Shown here piece after piece: positions 33,932 to 46,270 of a stretch of 64,000 nucleotides of DNA. Within the stretch, counting starts at the first letter, position 1. Each line of letters starts with the position of its first letter. The notes beneath the pieces are model-generated. The model was not told where the DNA came from. It made no database searches and was given only the letters and a program-made list of their open reading frames with translations. Source of the stretch: Carcharhinus longimanus (Eukaryota). Position numbers and translations under genes: made by a program. The stretch covers positions 24,449,399-24,513,398 of the forward strand of contig JASCQW010000133.1 of assembly GCA_030264375.1 (NCBI GenBank). Reading direction: 5' to 3'.

Positions 33932-35435
33932 GAGATACTTACCGACCATCTGGTATGTGGGATTAAAAATGTAACTATTTAAAGTGCCTATTAACTGAAG
34001 TCCAACTGGAACTTCAAACAGAAATGACAGCTGGCCTTATCATTAAGTGGAGCATGAGTTGCAAGGTATCCCAGCGGAAGAGGACACTCATGCCAGTTTG
34101 GCTGATTTCGGGGACCACGACTTGAGCACAGGTCGATTACAGAGCCTCACTCAGGAAGTATCCAGGTACATGTAACTCCAGGTCTGCCCATAGTACAGCC
34201 CCAAAGCAAAGCTAAACTTCAACTAAAAAATCCCATCAGAATCCCACCTGTCAATGCATACCAGCAACAAATACAATGCAGAGTCGAAACAGGAGCCCTA
34301 CAATACCTAGATTTAGGAACACAACCCACACACCAATATCCAGCAAAGTTCACACGCTAGAAGGTCCATGACTTAGAATAATTGAATTGCATCGAAATGT
34401 CCAAATCAAACCCAGCCAAGATAAATGAATGGTTAAATTGAGATCTGGTACTCATGGGCGTCAATATGGGTGCAGCTGTATTGGTGGTCAGAGAATCAGT
34501 GTTCCATAAAATTCGCTCTGGACTCCAACCCTTAACTTTACTAAGGCCTCAGCATGATAGATTCTACATAGAGGAACCTTTGCGACTTGCAGGTGCAACC
34601 TATGTCCCTGCCTCCTATGAAAGGCAGCTGGTTCAGTTATCAATGATTGTAGTGGAGAGCACAAGCCCAAGGATAATGGGGCAAAATTGGTTGCGAGAGA
34701 TCCACCTAGATTGGCTCAACTTCTTTCAGCTATAGTGAAGGCTTTGGGACTATCAGAGGAGCCACAGAGATCTTATAAAGTTGACCAGGAAGCGATTCAG
34801 TGATTATGCAGGGCTCGCCCAGTACAAATTTGCCTTACAGGAAAAAGTTGAAACTGAAATCCGGAGACTGGAGTGTGAAAGGATCATCAAGCCAGTCCAA
34901 TTTGCAGAATGGGCAACACCGGTCATGCCAATTTTGAAACCGGTGGGTCAGTCTGTCTTTTCAGGGATTTTAAACAAAAGGTAACCCATTTCTCACAGCT
35001 GGATAAGTACCCAATCTTTCGAATCAAGGACTTGTATGAAAAATTGGCAGGACTCAGGTCTACATCAGGTGGTTATTTACCTGCGTTATATCCTCATAAC
35101 AGGAACAACGAATAAGGGACACCTACACAACATTGAGGAAGTTCTGAGTTGATTTTCCAAGGCAGGTGTACGCCTAAGAAGAGGGAAAATGTGTATTTCA
35201 GGTCTGCTAAATGACCTATCTGGGCTACAGAGTAGAAAAGTCTGGGCTACACCCTTTGGAAGACAAGGTGTGGGCGATCAAAGGTCCACCTAGCATCTAA
35301 GATCATTTCTGGGGTTGGTAACGTATTACAGAAAATTCATACCCAACTTTGCCTCCATCCCAGCCCTACGACACCAACTACTAAAAATAAATTGGCCTTG
35401 GGAGTGGGCTTCCACTTCATCCTTGGCTTTCCTAA

Positions 35436-35732
35436 AAGTCAGTAAGTCGTCTCAACACCAGGTTAAAGTCCAACAGGTTTATTTGGTANNNNNNNNNNNN
35501 NNNNNNNNNNNNNNNNNNNNNNNNNNNNNNNNNNNNNNNNNNNNNNNNNNNNNNNNNNNNNNNNNNNNNNNNNNNNNNNNNNNNNNNNGGCGCACTGTCC
35601 CTTTGGGGAACTTCAGGGCAGCGCTCTGAAAGCTATTGTCTTTTGCTAGCAAATAAACCTGTTAGACTTTAACCTGGTGTTGTGAGACTTCTTACTGTGT
35701 TTACCACAGTCCAATGCCAGCATCTCCACATC
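35436..35732. mobile_element. Penelope-like element with inverted ends nested in Gypsy D (middle is a gap)
   Basis: CAACACCAGGTTAAAGTCCAACAGGTTTATTTG on the left and its reverse complement on the right, ending CATCTCCACATC. Confidence 0.78.
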
Positions 35733-37674
35733 AGGATTTTCTTAAAGTAACAACTTTCCTTATCGAATGTTCTGACACATTATGATCCCAGGAAAGAACC
35801 ACTACTGACCTGCGATGTGTCCTCATGTGGAATCGGGGTGGTATTGGCATATAGGTGGCCAAAAGGAATTGAACACCCAATTGTGTACACTTCCAGGATC
35901 TTGGCTATTGCGGAACGCAAATATACCCGCGGTGATATTCGGGTTAAGAAATTCCACCAGTACCTGTATGGGTTAAAATTTGTCATCATCACGGACCACA
36001 AGCCACTATTAGGATTGCTAAAGGAGGACAAGGCGGTGCTGCTCTTTGCATTGGCCTGAATCCAGCTTTAATACTGACTGTCTACAATTGTGGATTAGAA
36101 CAGTGCCCAGGAGGCAGGGTAGCCAACGCAGATGCTTTGAGTCCGCTACCATCAGCGGACACCCCACAGGTGGTATCCCTAATGGAAGAGATAATGGTGA
36201 CAATGAACTCTTTGAAAACTCTCCTAGTGGCAGCAAATAATATTCGGCTGTGGATACAAAAAGACCCAATCTTCGCAAAACTGAAACAGCTAATACTGAC
36301 AGGGAAAACAATGACCATTACAGCCCACATTCCATCCATCCTGGAACCAGAGAGACTGTGGAAGATGGCATTCTCATATGGAGCTCCAGAGTTGTCAGTG
36401 CGAGCTAGGCTTCCATCCCAATCTGGCCAAACTTCACCATGGCTACCCAAGAGTGAAAAAAAAATACTCGCAAGGTGCCTGATGGCCAAGAATGGATATG
36501 GACATAGCTTCTGCCCTTGGTGGCATTGCTGACATTGAGCCCCAAGCATGGCTATCACCAGCAACTCCTCTGCACCCATGGGGAATGGTCAGCAAGGCCA
36601 TGGACTCAGCTACATGTCAACTATGCTGGTCCATTCATGAGTTTAGTACCTCTGGTTATGCTAGATGCCCACTCAAAATGGATGGATGCACACAATTTAA
36701 ACACAAAAACAACAGTGGAGAAATCTTTGCTTCTTTTGGGAAAGATGGGATTCTGGATGTGCTCGTTTCTGACAACAGACCATCCTTTACCATCTAGGAA
36801 TTTTGTTTATTTTACGAGGTTGAACAGAATTCAACATTAGGACAGCATCATATCATCTAAGGGCCTGTCAGAAAGAATGGTCCAAATGTTAAAAGCAGGT
36901 ATAAAGAAACAGCCCGCAGCCTCCTTGGACACCAAACCATCCAGATTCCAGGATAATTCTCCTTGCAACTTCCAGAATAGCCCCAGCCAAGTAGCTCATT
37001 GGCAGATGAATCTACATCAGGTTGAGTCTGATCTTCCCAAACCTGATATGGTGTTGTGGGGGGGTGGTTTGTGGAAATGCATCGAAAAGCAGAGTGCCAA
37101 ACCCACAACAACACCAGGCAGGAGAGACACCTAAAGGTAGGCGAATGACCCTGTATGGATATAAAGCAAAAAGTCAACTCAACGACAGTACTGGTTTACT
37201 ACAAAGTCTGCACAGGAGATACCACCTTCGGAAAAACCCTAGACCATTTAAAAGTCGTTAACCCCAAGCTGTGCTAGTACAATCTTTACCCAGCACATCA
37301 GGAGCCTCAAAATTCTAGGACCCGCTGGTTCCCGCTGTGTAAATTTTAACATCGAGTCCAAAAATGGACACGGCGGACTTAACTGCATTGATCTCTTGCC
37401 ACTCAACGAAGGAGGGAATCTGTGCCTTGACGCTTGAGACAAAAGCGTCTGCTACACCCTACCTACTTCTGACGCAGAGCTGGAGGAACCAGATCCAGCA
37501 TTGATACATTGCAAGAGGCTCAAAAAGGTGAACAATCCATAGAGGCTCTTTGGACCTAGAGAGGGAGGGATGTAGTGACTTTATTGACGTCCACAAGATG
37601 GACCCATTAGACTATAAGCTCCTAATTAATGCTGTCCAATCCAGGAGCTCTACAGCTCTGCACTGTATATAATG

Positions 37675-37813
37675 GAAAGACTCCACCCAGCTGACGAAGG
37701 AACATGTTCCGAAAGCTTGGGGTATTTGCTACAAATAAACTTGTTGGACTTGAAGCTGGTGTTGAGAGATTTATTTCTGTTTTAGCCCAGTCCAACACCA
37801 GCATCTCCACATC
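37675..37813 (+). mobile_element. Solo Penelope terminal unit carrying a hammerhead motif (core 37691-37718)
   Basis: CTGACGA-A-GGAACATGTTCC-GAAA-GC-TT, ending CATCTCCACATC. Flanked by a 12-bp direct repeat CTGTATATAATG at 37663-37674 and 37814-37825. Confidence 0.8.
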
Positions 37814-38404
37814 CTGTATATAATGTACACTGTGTTACTGACCTCAGGGTCTATACTCTGTACTGGGAAGTACCTGTCTGAATATTAACTGTTGTATATA
37901 AATCTAAGTTTGGTGAAGGGACAGTGGCCTCAGTGTAGTTATTTCACCCTCCAAATGTTGAAACAGCAGGAAAGAGACCTTGGAGGGTACCTGAAAATGG
38001 TGGCACCCTTTTTATTTGTTCTTGTGATGCAATGGATACTGGGCAGGCCAGCATTTATTACCTATCTCTAATTACCCTCAAGAAATTGGTGCTGAACTGC
38101 CTACTTGAACTGTTGTGAAGGTATGCGCACAAGTGCTTTTTCCTATAGTGGTTTCATATAATGGAGTGACTTGCATCCATTTTAAAGGGGAGATAGAAGT
38201 GAACTGCATTTGCGCTGGGTCGAGTAACAAGGCAGCCATCAAGGTAACGTTTGAAGATTTCCTTTTTTTTTTAAACCATACTCTGATCTTATTAATGCAG
38301 AGTTATGTTGACATTCTGACCTCCTTCCTGTTGACTTGGCAGATTGTGATATTTTCCCCAACACTACTTCATACATGAATTTGCTTCAATTCTGATCTGT
38401 TGCT

Positions 38405-38740
38405 TTAAGAACATAGAAGTAGGCCATTGGGCCTGGAGCCTCTGCCATTCAATCAGATAAAAAGCTCACAAACTCTATAGCAAAAACATCCAAAATAAGG
38501 ACATCAAAACTGTCCACTATACTCCAGGTGTGACCTCAAGGCACTTTCCTGCTGTAGTATCCTATCCTATTAGTATCCAGAAATCTAGTGATTGGTCTTG
38601 AACATAGTCAAATGATTGAATTTTCACAGCTGTCAGAGGTAGAGAATGCCAAAGATTCATCACCCTTCAATTGACGAAATTCCTCTTAATTACAGTATTA
38701 AATAGCTTGTCCCTTCTTTAGATTCCCTGGTTCTACACAC
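38405..38740 (-). mobile_element. CR1 3' fragment
   Basis: AAGAACATAGAAGTAGGCCATT...GGTAGAGAATGCCAAAGATTCATCACCCT, a reverse CR1 tail. Confidence 0.65.
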
Positions 38741-38744
38741 GCCA

Positions 38745-38894
38745 GCCAGGTGAAGCCGGTTAGTTTAACGTCTGTTGTAGGTAAAACGTTAGAATCCATG
38801 ATCAAGGAGAAAATAGTGAGGCATCTTGAGGAGAATTGTTTGATAGAGCAGACGCAGCACGGTTTCGTTAAGGGGAAGTCGTGTCTGACGAATT
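38745..38894 (+). mobile_element. CR1 RT fragment running into a gap
   Basis: PVSLTSVVGKTLESMIKEKIVRHLE...QHGFVKGKSCLTN. Confidence 0.9.
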
Positions 38895-39727
38895 NNNNNN
38901 NNNNNNNNNNNNNNNNNNNNNNNNNNNNNNNNNNNNNNNNNNNNNNNNNNNNNNNNNNNNNNNNNNNNNNNNNNNNNNNNNNNNNNNNNNNNNNNNNNNN
39001 NNNNNNNNNNNNNNNNNNNNNNNNNNNNNNNNNNNNNNNNNNNNNNNNNNNNNNNNNNNNNNNNNNNNNNNNNNNNNNNNNNNNNNNNNNNNNNNNNNNN
39101 NNNNNNNNNNNNNNNNNNNNNNNNNNNNNNNNNNNNNNNNNNNNNNNNNNNNNNNNNNNNNNNNNNNNNNNNNNNNNNNNNNNNNNNNNNNNNNNNNNNN
39201 NNNNNNNNNNNNNNNNNNNNNNNNNNNNNNNNNNNNNNNNNNNNNNNNNNNNNNNNNNNNNNNNNNNNNNNNNNNNNNNNNNNNNNNNNNNNNNNNNNNN
39301 NNNNNNNNNNNNNNNNNNNNNNNNNNNNNNNNNNNNNNNNNNNNNNNNNNNNNNNNNNNNNNNNNNNNNNNNNNNNNNNNNNNNNNNNNNNNNNNNNNNN
39401 NNNNNNNNNNNNNNNNNNNNNNNNNNNNNNNNNNNNNNNNNNNNNNNNNNNNNNNNNNNNNNNNNNNNNNNNNNNNNNNNNNNNNNNNNNNNNNNNNNNN
39501 NNNNNNNNNNNNNNNNNNNNNNNNNNNNNNNNNNNNNNNNNNNNNNNNNNNNNNNNNNNNNNNNNNNNNNNNNNNNNNNNNNNNNNNNNNNNNNNNNNNN
39601 NNNNNNNNNNNNNNNNNNNNNNNNNNNNNNNNNNNNNNNNNNNNNNNNNNNNNNNNNNNNNNNNNNNNNNNNNNNNNNNNNNNNNNNNNNNNNNNNNNNN
39701 NNNNNNNNNNNNNNNNNNNNNNNNNNN
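38895..39727. other. Assembly gap
   Basis: Run of N. Confidence 0.99.
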
Positions 39728-40637
39728 TGCTAAGGCCCTGCCCCTCTCAATCGGTGCGAAACTCTCCCCCTTCCAAAACATTACAATGCAGGAAAACTGC
39801 AATCTGATTCACATTGGCAATCACATCAGTTTTCTCAGTCAAACTGACACTTTAATTTTATGGGGAAAATTTCATCTTAAATTTTCTTTGATTTGGAAGA
39901 TTTTATTTTTAGTAATCTACCCAGCGTGTAATGTACTGCACTTCTCGTAAGCCACGTCTATATCACCGAGCAGTAAAACCTAATTCACACCTCACTGTCC
40001 ATGCAGAATATGTAGTAGTCATATCATAATGGAGAAAGAGAGCAGAGGCTAACCACCTCCTCAAAGGAAGGCAGGACATGCGGCTGGAAGGAATCTTCTG
40101 AAGATGCACTTTCCATCCCAGTGCACATTTGTAATCCAAAATTGACAAAGTTCTGGGAACAGATTGCCTGTTGTTGTACCTGGCACTGGCAGATTAAACA
40201 ATGAGATGGAGAACAAAATAGTTTTAGAATATTTATAAGAATAATACGACCTTCTTCTGCACTTTAGGATTCTATTCCATGTTTAAATACCAAAGTTAAT
40301 TGGTGTTTACATGGCATCTTTGACATAGTAAAATGTCCCAAGGATGGCACTGTCACCCTGGCTGTGCCCACCTGGCACTGTCAGGGTGCCAATTAGCATC
40401 ATCAGGTTGACACTGCCCAACCATGTCCCCGACCACCCAGAAGCTTTAATGGCCTCTGAGCTCCCCCCACTCCTCCCTCCCCCTCCATTCTTGTCATGGC
40501 CATCATGCCTGGTCTCCATTTGTGGAGACCAGTAGTGGCTCTCGTCGGGTTCTTGTTGCACTGAAGAATGGGAAAACCCAGCTCAAATGATCTCAGCCTG
40601 TATAAATGGCCATGCAGTGGCTATCATCCCTATCATT

Positions 40638-41092
40638 TAGAAAATAGAACATAGAAAAAACTACAGCACAAACAGGCCCTTCGGCCCACAAGTTGAGCCA
40701 ATGATATCCCTACCTACTAGGCTTACCTATAACCCTCAATTCTATTAAGTCCCATGTACTTATCCAGAAGTCTCTTAAAAGACCCTATTGAATTTGCCTC
40801 CACCACCAACAGCAGCCGATTCCACTCACCACTATCCTCCGAGTGAAAAACTCATCCCTGATATCTCCTCTGTACCTACTCCCCAGCACCTTAAACCTGT
40901 GTCCTCTTGTAGCGACCATTCCGGCCCTGGGAAAAAGCCTCAGAATCCACCCGATCTATACCTCTGAACATCTTGTACACTTCTATCATGTCACCTCTCA
41001 TCCCTCGTCTCTCGAAGGAGAAAAGACCAAGCTCCCTCAACCTATCCTCTTAAGGCATGCCACCCAATCCAGGCAACATCGTTGTAAATCTA
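40638..41092 (-). mobile_element. CR1 3' fragment
   Basis: ATAGAACATAGAA...ACAGGCCCTTCGGCCCAC tail and a reverse ORF2 C-terminus. Confidence 0.85.
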
Positions 41093-42024
41093 CTCATCTT
41101 AAAAAAAGTAAGTAGACCTGAGAGATTGAACTAGGCAGGCTTGCTCCACCCAGTACAGCTTGCAAGTCTTTGCTGCTTCCTGCCTAACACTGGAGCAATT
41201 TAAACTTAGTAATTTTTAATTAAATGCTAAAATGCAAACAAAACTACATTTATAGGAGAATAACCTATTTTGCCCCTCATCCAAACTCCTAGCTGTTCAT
41301 TGCGTGAATACAAATGGTGTTATTGTTCATGGTGTTACTTTCTTACTGCTATTTAACACTGAACTTCTATTTTCCCCATTGTGAATAGCTAGTTATATTG
41401 ATTTGCTAACTAGAGAAATTTATTTATATCCAGCCCTATACGATGAAATGCCATAATTTTAAGGCTGTCATGTGGAATAAACATTTATATCAAATATGAA
41501 AAAACTTATGACAGATAACATTACTAGTTTGATTTTCACAGCCCAGAGGTTCTTAACGTGCATCTTTAATCACCTTTAAAAAGCAGGAATTCAGTTAAAA
41601 TACACAATCCTTCTTATGTAGTTATGCAGGAGCAACATCACTTAGTTTCTAGTAAGCCACCAGCTGATAAAAAAATGGGAAAAATAATTGTGACAAAAAT
41701 AAATATTTGTATCACTTTTTTAACCAGATGCAATATCATTGAAGTTAATGACTGTTTTTGTTTCTCTTCAGTGTTGACCAGTGAAGTCAAATACTTTGAA
41801 ACTCTCTTCCTACAAGGTTAAAATTGCAAGTCATAAAAACTGATTCATAAATTGGGTGCCTAATCTATTTCTAATAGAAACTCATAGCAAGAGTTATGAA
41901 TAAACTTTGTATAAAAATGTATATAGATGGGTAAATTCTAATCTGAAGACTCACGCATTTATACAAGTTTTATGAAATCATACATGTGCGTTAATATTAA
42001 TTCAAGACAACTATTATTTGCCAG

Positions 42025-42250
42025 TAGTGCAAATCTGAAAAACCACACCAAATGTACTGAGATGACTTTACCTGTCGTAGCCATAACCACTTCACGGAAA
42101 GATGTGCAGTACAGAATTCAAGTAGTAAAAGATGACGGAAGAACCCCGATACTTAAAAACCAGACAAAAAATAAGACTTCTATGTTAAACAATGACCTAG
42201 AAGACGGATTGGAAAATGAGATAGTGCTTGGAACTCCACCAAATAAGAAG
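42025..42250 (+). CDS. RAD9B: RAD9B coding exon 10 (alternative in-frame acceptor at 42007)
   Basis: ttgccag| gives phase 2, matching exon 9, and the frame is open to ...ENEIVLGTPPNKK|gtaacg. GTPPxKK is the Rad9 tail motif at this junction. The start is less certain because the region is poorly conserved. Confidence 0.75.
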
Positions 42251-42499
42251 GTAACGTTGATTTTAGTGCATGAAATATGTCAAAATAAACTTTTAGCTAA
42301 ATAGCTTTAATAAATGTATATATTGACAGATTCATAAATATAATGTATATCAGATGCTATAAATTCATAGGGCTGATCAAGTCTCTATTATGGCCTTCAA
42401 ATAAAAAAGTAAATTATTTTGAATTGATAGGTTACTTATTACTTTGTAGATGCAAGTCTAGACTGGTAGAGGAACAAAAGGAGTACAAAGGCATCAATA

Positions 42500-43105
42500 C
42501 TAAAAGTTTAGGTCAGCAAGACCTTAAAGAAAACACCAAGCCCTGGACTTTATTTCTAGTCATAGAATTGAAAAGTAGAGAAGTGATGCTAAACACTCAA
42601 ACCTTGGTTTGGCCACATTAAAGAGTACATACAGCATGCGGTTCAGGTCGCTATAGTATATAAACTAAATACAATGGAGAGAGTTCAGAGAAGATTTACA
42701 AGCACAATATCAGAAATGTGTCAATTTGGGATTGACATGCTGGGCCTCTTCACTTGGGTATTAAAGTTCTGAAACTGACCTAATAGAAGTTTTTAAAATT
42801 ACAGAAGTTTTGAGTGTAGATTCAAACTTGTAGGGAAGAGCATAACCAGAGGCTATCAATACAAGATAGTCATCACAAAACCCAATAGGAATTTCAAAAA
42901 AAAATTATCCAGAGTGGTAAAAGTGTGGAACTCAATATCACAGACAATGGCTGAAGCAAATATATACATTTAAGGAGCGGTTAGAAAAGCATTTAAAGAG
43001 AAGGATAAATGATTACAATGGTGGAAGTTCAAATAGAACATAAACACTAGCATAGAGGGGTTGGGCCAAAAGGCTTGTTTTTGTGCCATACAGACCTATG
43101 CAATT
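42500..43105 (+). mobile_element. Old CR1 3' fragment
   Basis: IELKSREVMLN..TLVWPH, ERVQRRFT, RVVKVWNS and a CR1 tail. Confidence 0.75.
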
Positions 43106-43702
43106 CTATTAACTTTAATGAAATTGATGGATGAGTATCTATTAGACACCCCCACTCTAATTATCAGAACCTGACTTTAGCCTCTTTATAACTAAAGACT
43201 CATTCCTGGTATATTAATACTTTCTGCACCTGCCTCGACTTTGAAGTGGTCATTAATGCTGGGTTCAGTATTCCAAATGCAGCTTGATGACTGATGTATG
43301 TGGGTTCAGCAGTTCCTCTTTGCTTTTGTAAGTAATATCCCTACGTATAAAGCACAAGATCGCATATATATTACTTCAGGTTTATCTCCCTCATCAGCTT
43401 GGCCTCCTGTGTATCTGAAGTCTGTTCTACAATTTAATTCTCATTTTCTTCTAAAATGCATAATCTCACCAACACATTTATTTGACCTTTATTTTTCTAA
43501 TCTAGTATCTTAGTGCTGTTCAATTAGCCACACATTTCCACCATCTATAAATGTTGATGTGGTGCCCAGTCAATCATGTTCAGAAATTATATGTTGAGTA
43601 AAGCAATTAGGTGCCATAGTAAATTTAAACAAAATTGTTTACAGGTTCAAATGATTTTTCTGAGATTTATTAACCATGTGTTTTCTATATAAAAATGAGC
43701 AG

Positions 43703-43840
43703 TTGTGCTCACTCTTCTTCAGTGCAGTGTTGTCCAAATATCAGAAAAACAGTTCTCAAACATTACTGACCCTAGCAGCTTGCAGTGAAGAGGAGGAGGA
43801 GGATGATACGAAAGATGATAAATCTATGCAGAATTTCTAA
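43703..43840 (+). CDS. RAD9B: RAD9B last coding exon (11)
   Basis: gagcag| then LCSLFFSAVLSKYQKNSSQTLLTLAACSEEEEEDDTKDDKSMQNF*. It contains the SLFF and acidic phospho-Ser tail motifs of Rad9. Confidence 0.87.
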   Translation: MCSLFFSAVLSKYQKNSSQTLLTLAACSEEEEEDDTKDDKSMQNF

Positions 43841-44251
43841 ACACTCAGGTGAGAAGTATTCTTGCTGAGCAGCTTTAGGATCTGGAAAATTGAAGGGAAG
43901 TTTACACGGAAAAATGCTTCCTCCCCAGAGAAATCAGAGCAAAAGTCTCAAGATACTTTTTCACTTACAAAAGGGCACACAACAAAGACTGGGTTCATTA
44001 AGTTATTGTTGACATTACAGCCATTTATTATTGAACTTATCAATTCAAGCACTGAATGGTGAGAAAATTATAGCAATGAATGACATTAATGCTTTATAGG
44101 AGAGATACAATATGCAAGCTACCCAACATGGCCTGGATCCTCATTTCTGAGGAGGCAAGGATTTAGATCACTTTATTGCATGATTCAATTTTCTTTTAAA
44201 GCTTTGAAAATCTGAATGCTCATTCACCTTGGAACACTGATCCAAATTCAA

Positions 44252-44257
44252 AATAAA
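44252..44257 (+). promoter_or_regulatory. Candidate RAD9B polyadenylation signal
   Basis: First AATAAA I found after the stop codon. Use is not demonstrated. Confidence 0.3.
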
Positions 44258-46143
44258 ATTAAATATCTCTCTCAAATGAATCAATTCCAGGCATCTGCTC
44301 TCAAATTGGAAGGTAGATGTGATACCCATAAACAGAATGTTTTTTCCTCCCCCGGTGTTAAGGAAGATAGAAATAACTGGATTAGAACTTTAAGACAACT
44401 TTTACTTTATCATTTCTGGTTTTTACAATGATCAGTCTCATGAACCTTGGAACATTACTCCATTAGATAGATAACAGTAGTTTTCTTTGCCCAAGGCTGT
44501 GTATTTAATCAGACTGTTAAAATATATACTCGCTCCAATTCAAGATTTAGTAATCAGTGTTCTCACTACCCTAAAATATCTTGAATATCTGTCCTAATGC
44601 TTGGCATACAGAAGTTATGAAACAATCCCAATTTTTTTGTCGTCGTTTGTGCATGCAGTATTTAAGGAAAGGATTATACAACCACAATGGAGCAGATAAA
44701 GAATCAAATATAGTAAAATGTAAACTGCACCAGTTTTCAACTGGTCCAACTCTCAAAATCTGTGGGCATACTTGAATCCAAGACAAATTCAATACCTGGA
44801 ACTTACATGAGCAATTTTTTGCCAATGCTTACATGGTTCAAAGCACCTCAAAGTTTGTTTTGAGACATTTACAAACAATGTTCTAACAAATTATTTGAGA
44901 AAAATTTCAGGGGAGAGTAACCTTAGCAGAATCAGATGTTAATCAGTTGCTATTATAACTTGGAGCATTAGAAATATGTGTAGTTTAATTGGCAGTGGTT
45001 TTATCATTACATTTCAACTTTTAAAAAATGTAATGCACTGCAGTTTGCAAAAGGTTAAGAATGCTTGATCGTAAATGATTAGAACAAAATGTCACTTGCA
45101 TCATTATCCAAAACCTTTGGTAAAAGAATGCAACATACATGCTCTGAACAGGTGTCAAAATTTAATGAACAGGCAGTGGAAAATTCAAGCACTGACTTCA
45201 AGTGGTTCCAATAACAGTGCTTATAAATAGGACTGTAGATAGNNNNNNNNNNNNNNNNNNNACCATTTGGCCCATGATGCATGCAGTCTTTACAACAGTA
45301 AAAATGAAGCTCTGCATCGTGTGCAACTAAAATAAGATTCACATGATGTCTTGCACTACCACTAGAGCAATTTGTTTTGCTATTCGCAGCAGTGGAAACT
45401 TGGCAGCATAGATACAGCACCACAGAGATGGCCTCTGCTAACAGATTATATTCAAATAACTAGTTTAATAGAATTTGAATTGTATATTCATGATTAACCT
45501 CTTATGAAGTGCACACTAAGCAGCACATTTGGGCATGCTGTAATACCCTTCATATGTGTAAACCACCAATGTCAAAACTATATCTATTGTATAGATGTAT
45601 ATGGTACAAAAATGTGAAAAGCTGCTGTAGATATGTGCAAGTTGGCAAGAGTTGAGCATTCGACAGCAAATAGAACGGACAGGTCAAAAAGGCTACCTTG
45701 TACCTAAAAGCAAAACTTTATTTTTGGCTTAATACATAGGTAGATTTGACCAGTTGACTGAAGGGATGAGTACATTGCAAGTTGAAATTGGAACAAGTTA
45801 AATAAGGATATGTGAAGTCTGTTTGAAATTCAAGCAGCAGTCAGCTTACTGAATGTTGACTTTGAGGACATGGCATTTAACGTTAACAGAAATCCAAGAT
45901 GTGCAATATTACAAAGTATTGTACTGTGTTTGTTTACATTATAGTATATGCCATATAATACTGGGGATCAATTTGAACTGTGCAGCGTTACCTCAATTTA
46001 AGAGAATATGGAGAGGAGGATTTCCTTACACTGGCATACTTTGTTTTTAACTAAGCAATTCTACAAGGCATCCCTGGAAACTGGCTACATTTCTTCCCCA
46101 GCATTTTGCTCCCAAATTTAAGGCTGTGAAAATAAAGTTCCTG

Positions 46144-46270
46144 GGGTGAATTTTCCCATTCTGCTCATCACAGGAATCGTAGTGGGCAAGGGGAGGACCA
46201 TGGGGAGGTCCTTTGGCCTTGGGTGAAAGTTTCTGGTTTCGAGACAAACATGGCTGGAAAATCTCGCCTC
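46144..46270. mobile_element. Harbinger-type MITE
   Basis: GGGTGAATTTTCC...GGAAAATCTCGCCTC with a 3-bp TSD CTG. Same family as 5306-5414. Confidence 0.65.

Larger units (their letters stand above)
32946..37946 (+). mobile_element. Gypsy LTR retrotransposon D, decayed
   Basis: The 5' LTR remnant 32946-33070 matches the 3' LTR 37571-37946. PBS TGGTGATGAGG is at 33072 and PPT GAGGGAGGGA precedes the 3' LTR. Remnants include gag DWAQYVE, RT EWATPVMPILK, RNase H IITDHKPLLGL and integrase RPWTQLHVNYAGPF. Confidence 0.88.

Noticed and set aside
41728-41816. Possible extra RAD9B exon before exon 10
   Set aside because: No Rad9 similarity, and its end phase does not fit exon 10.
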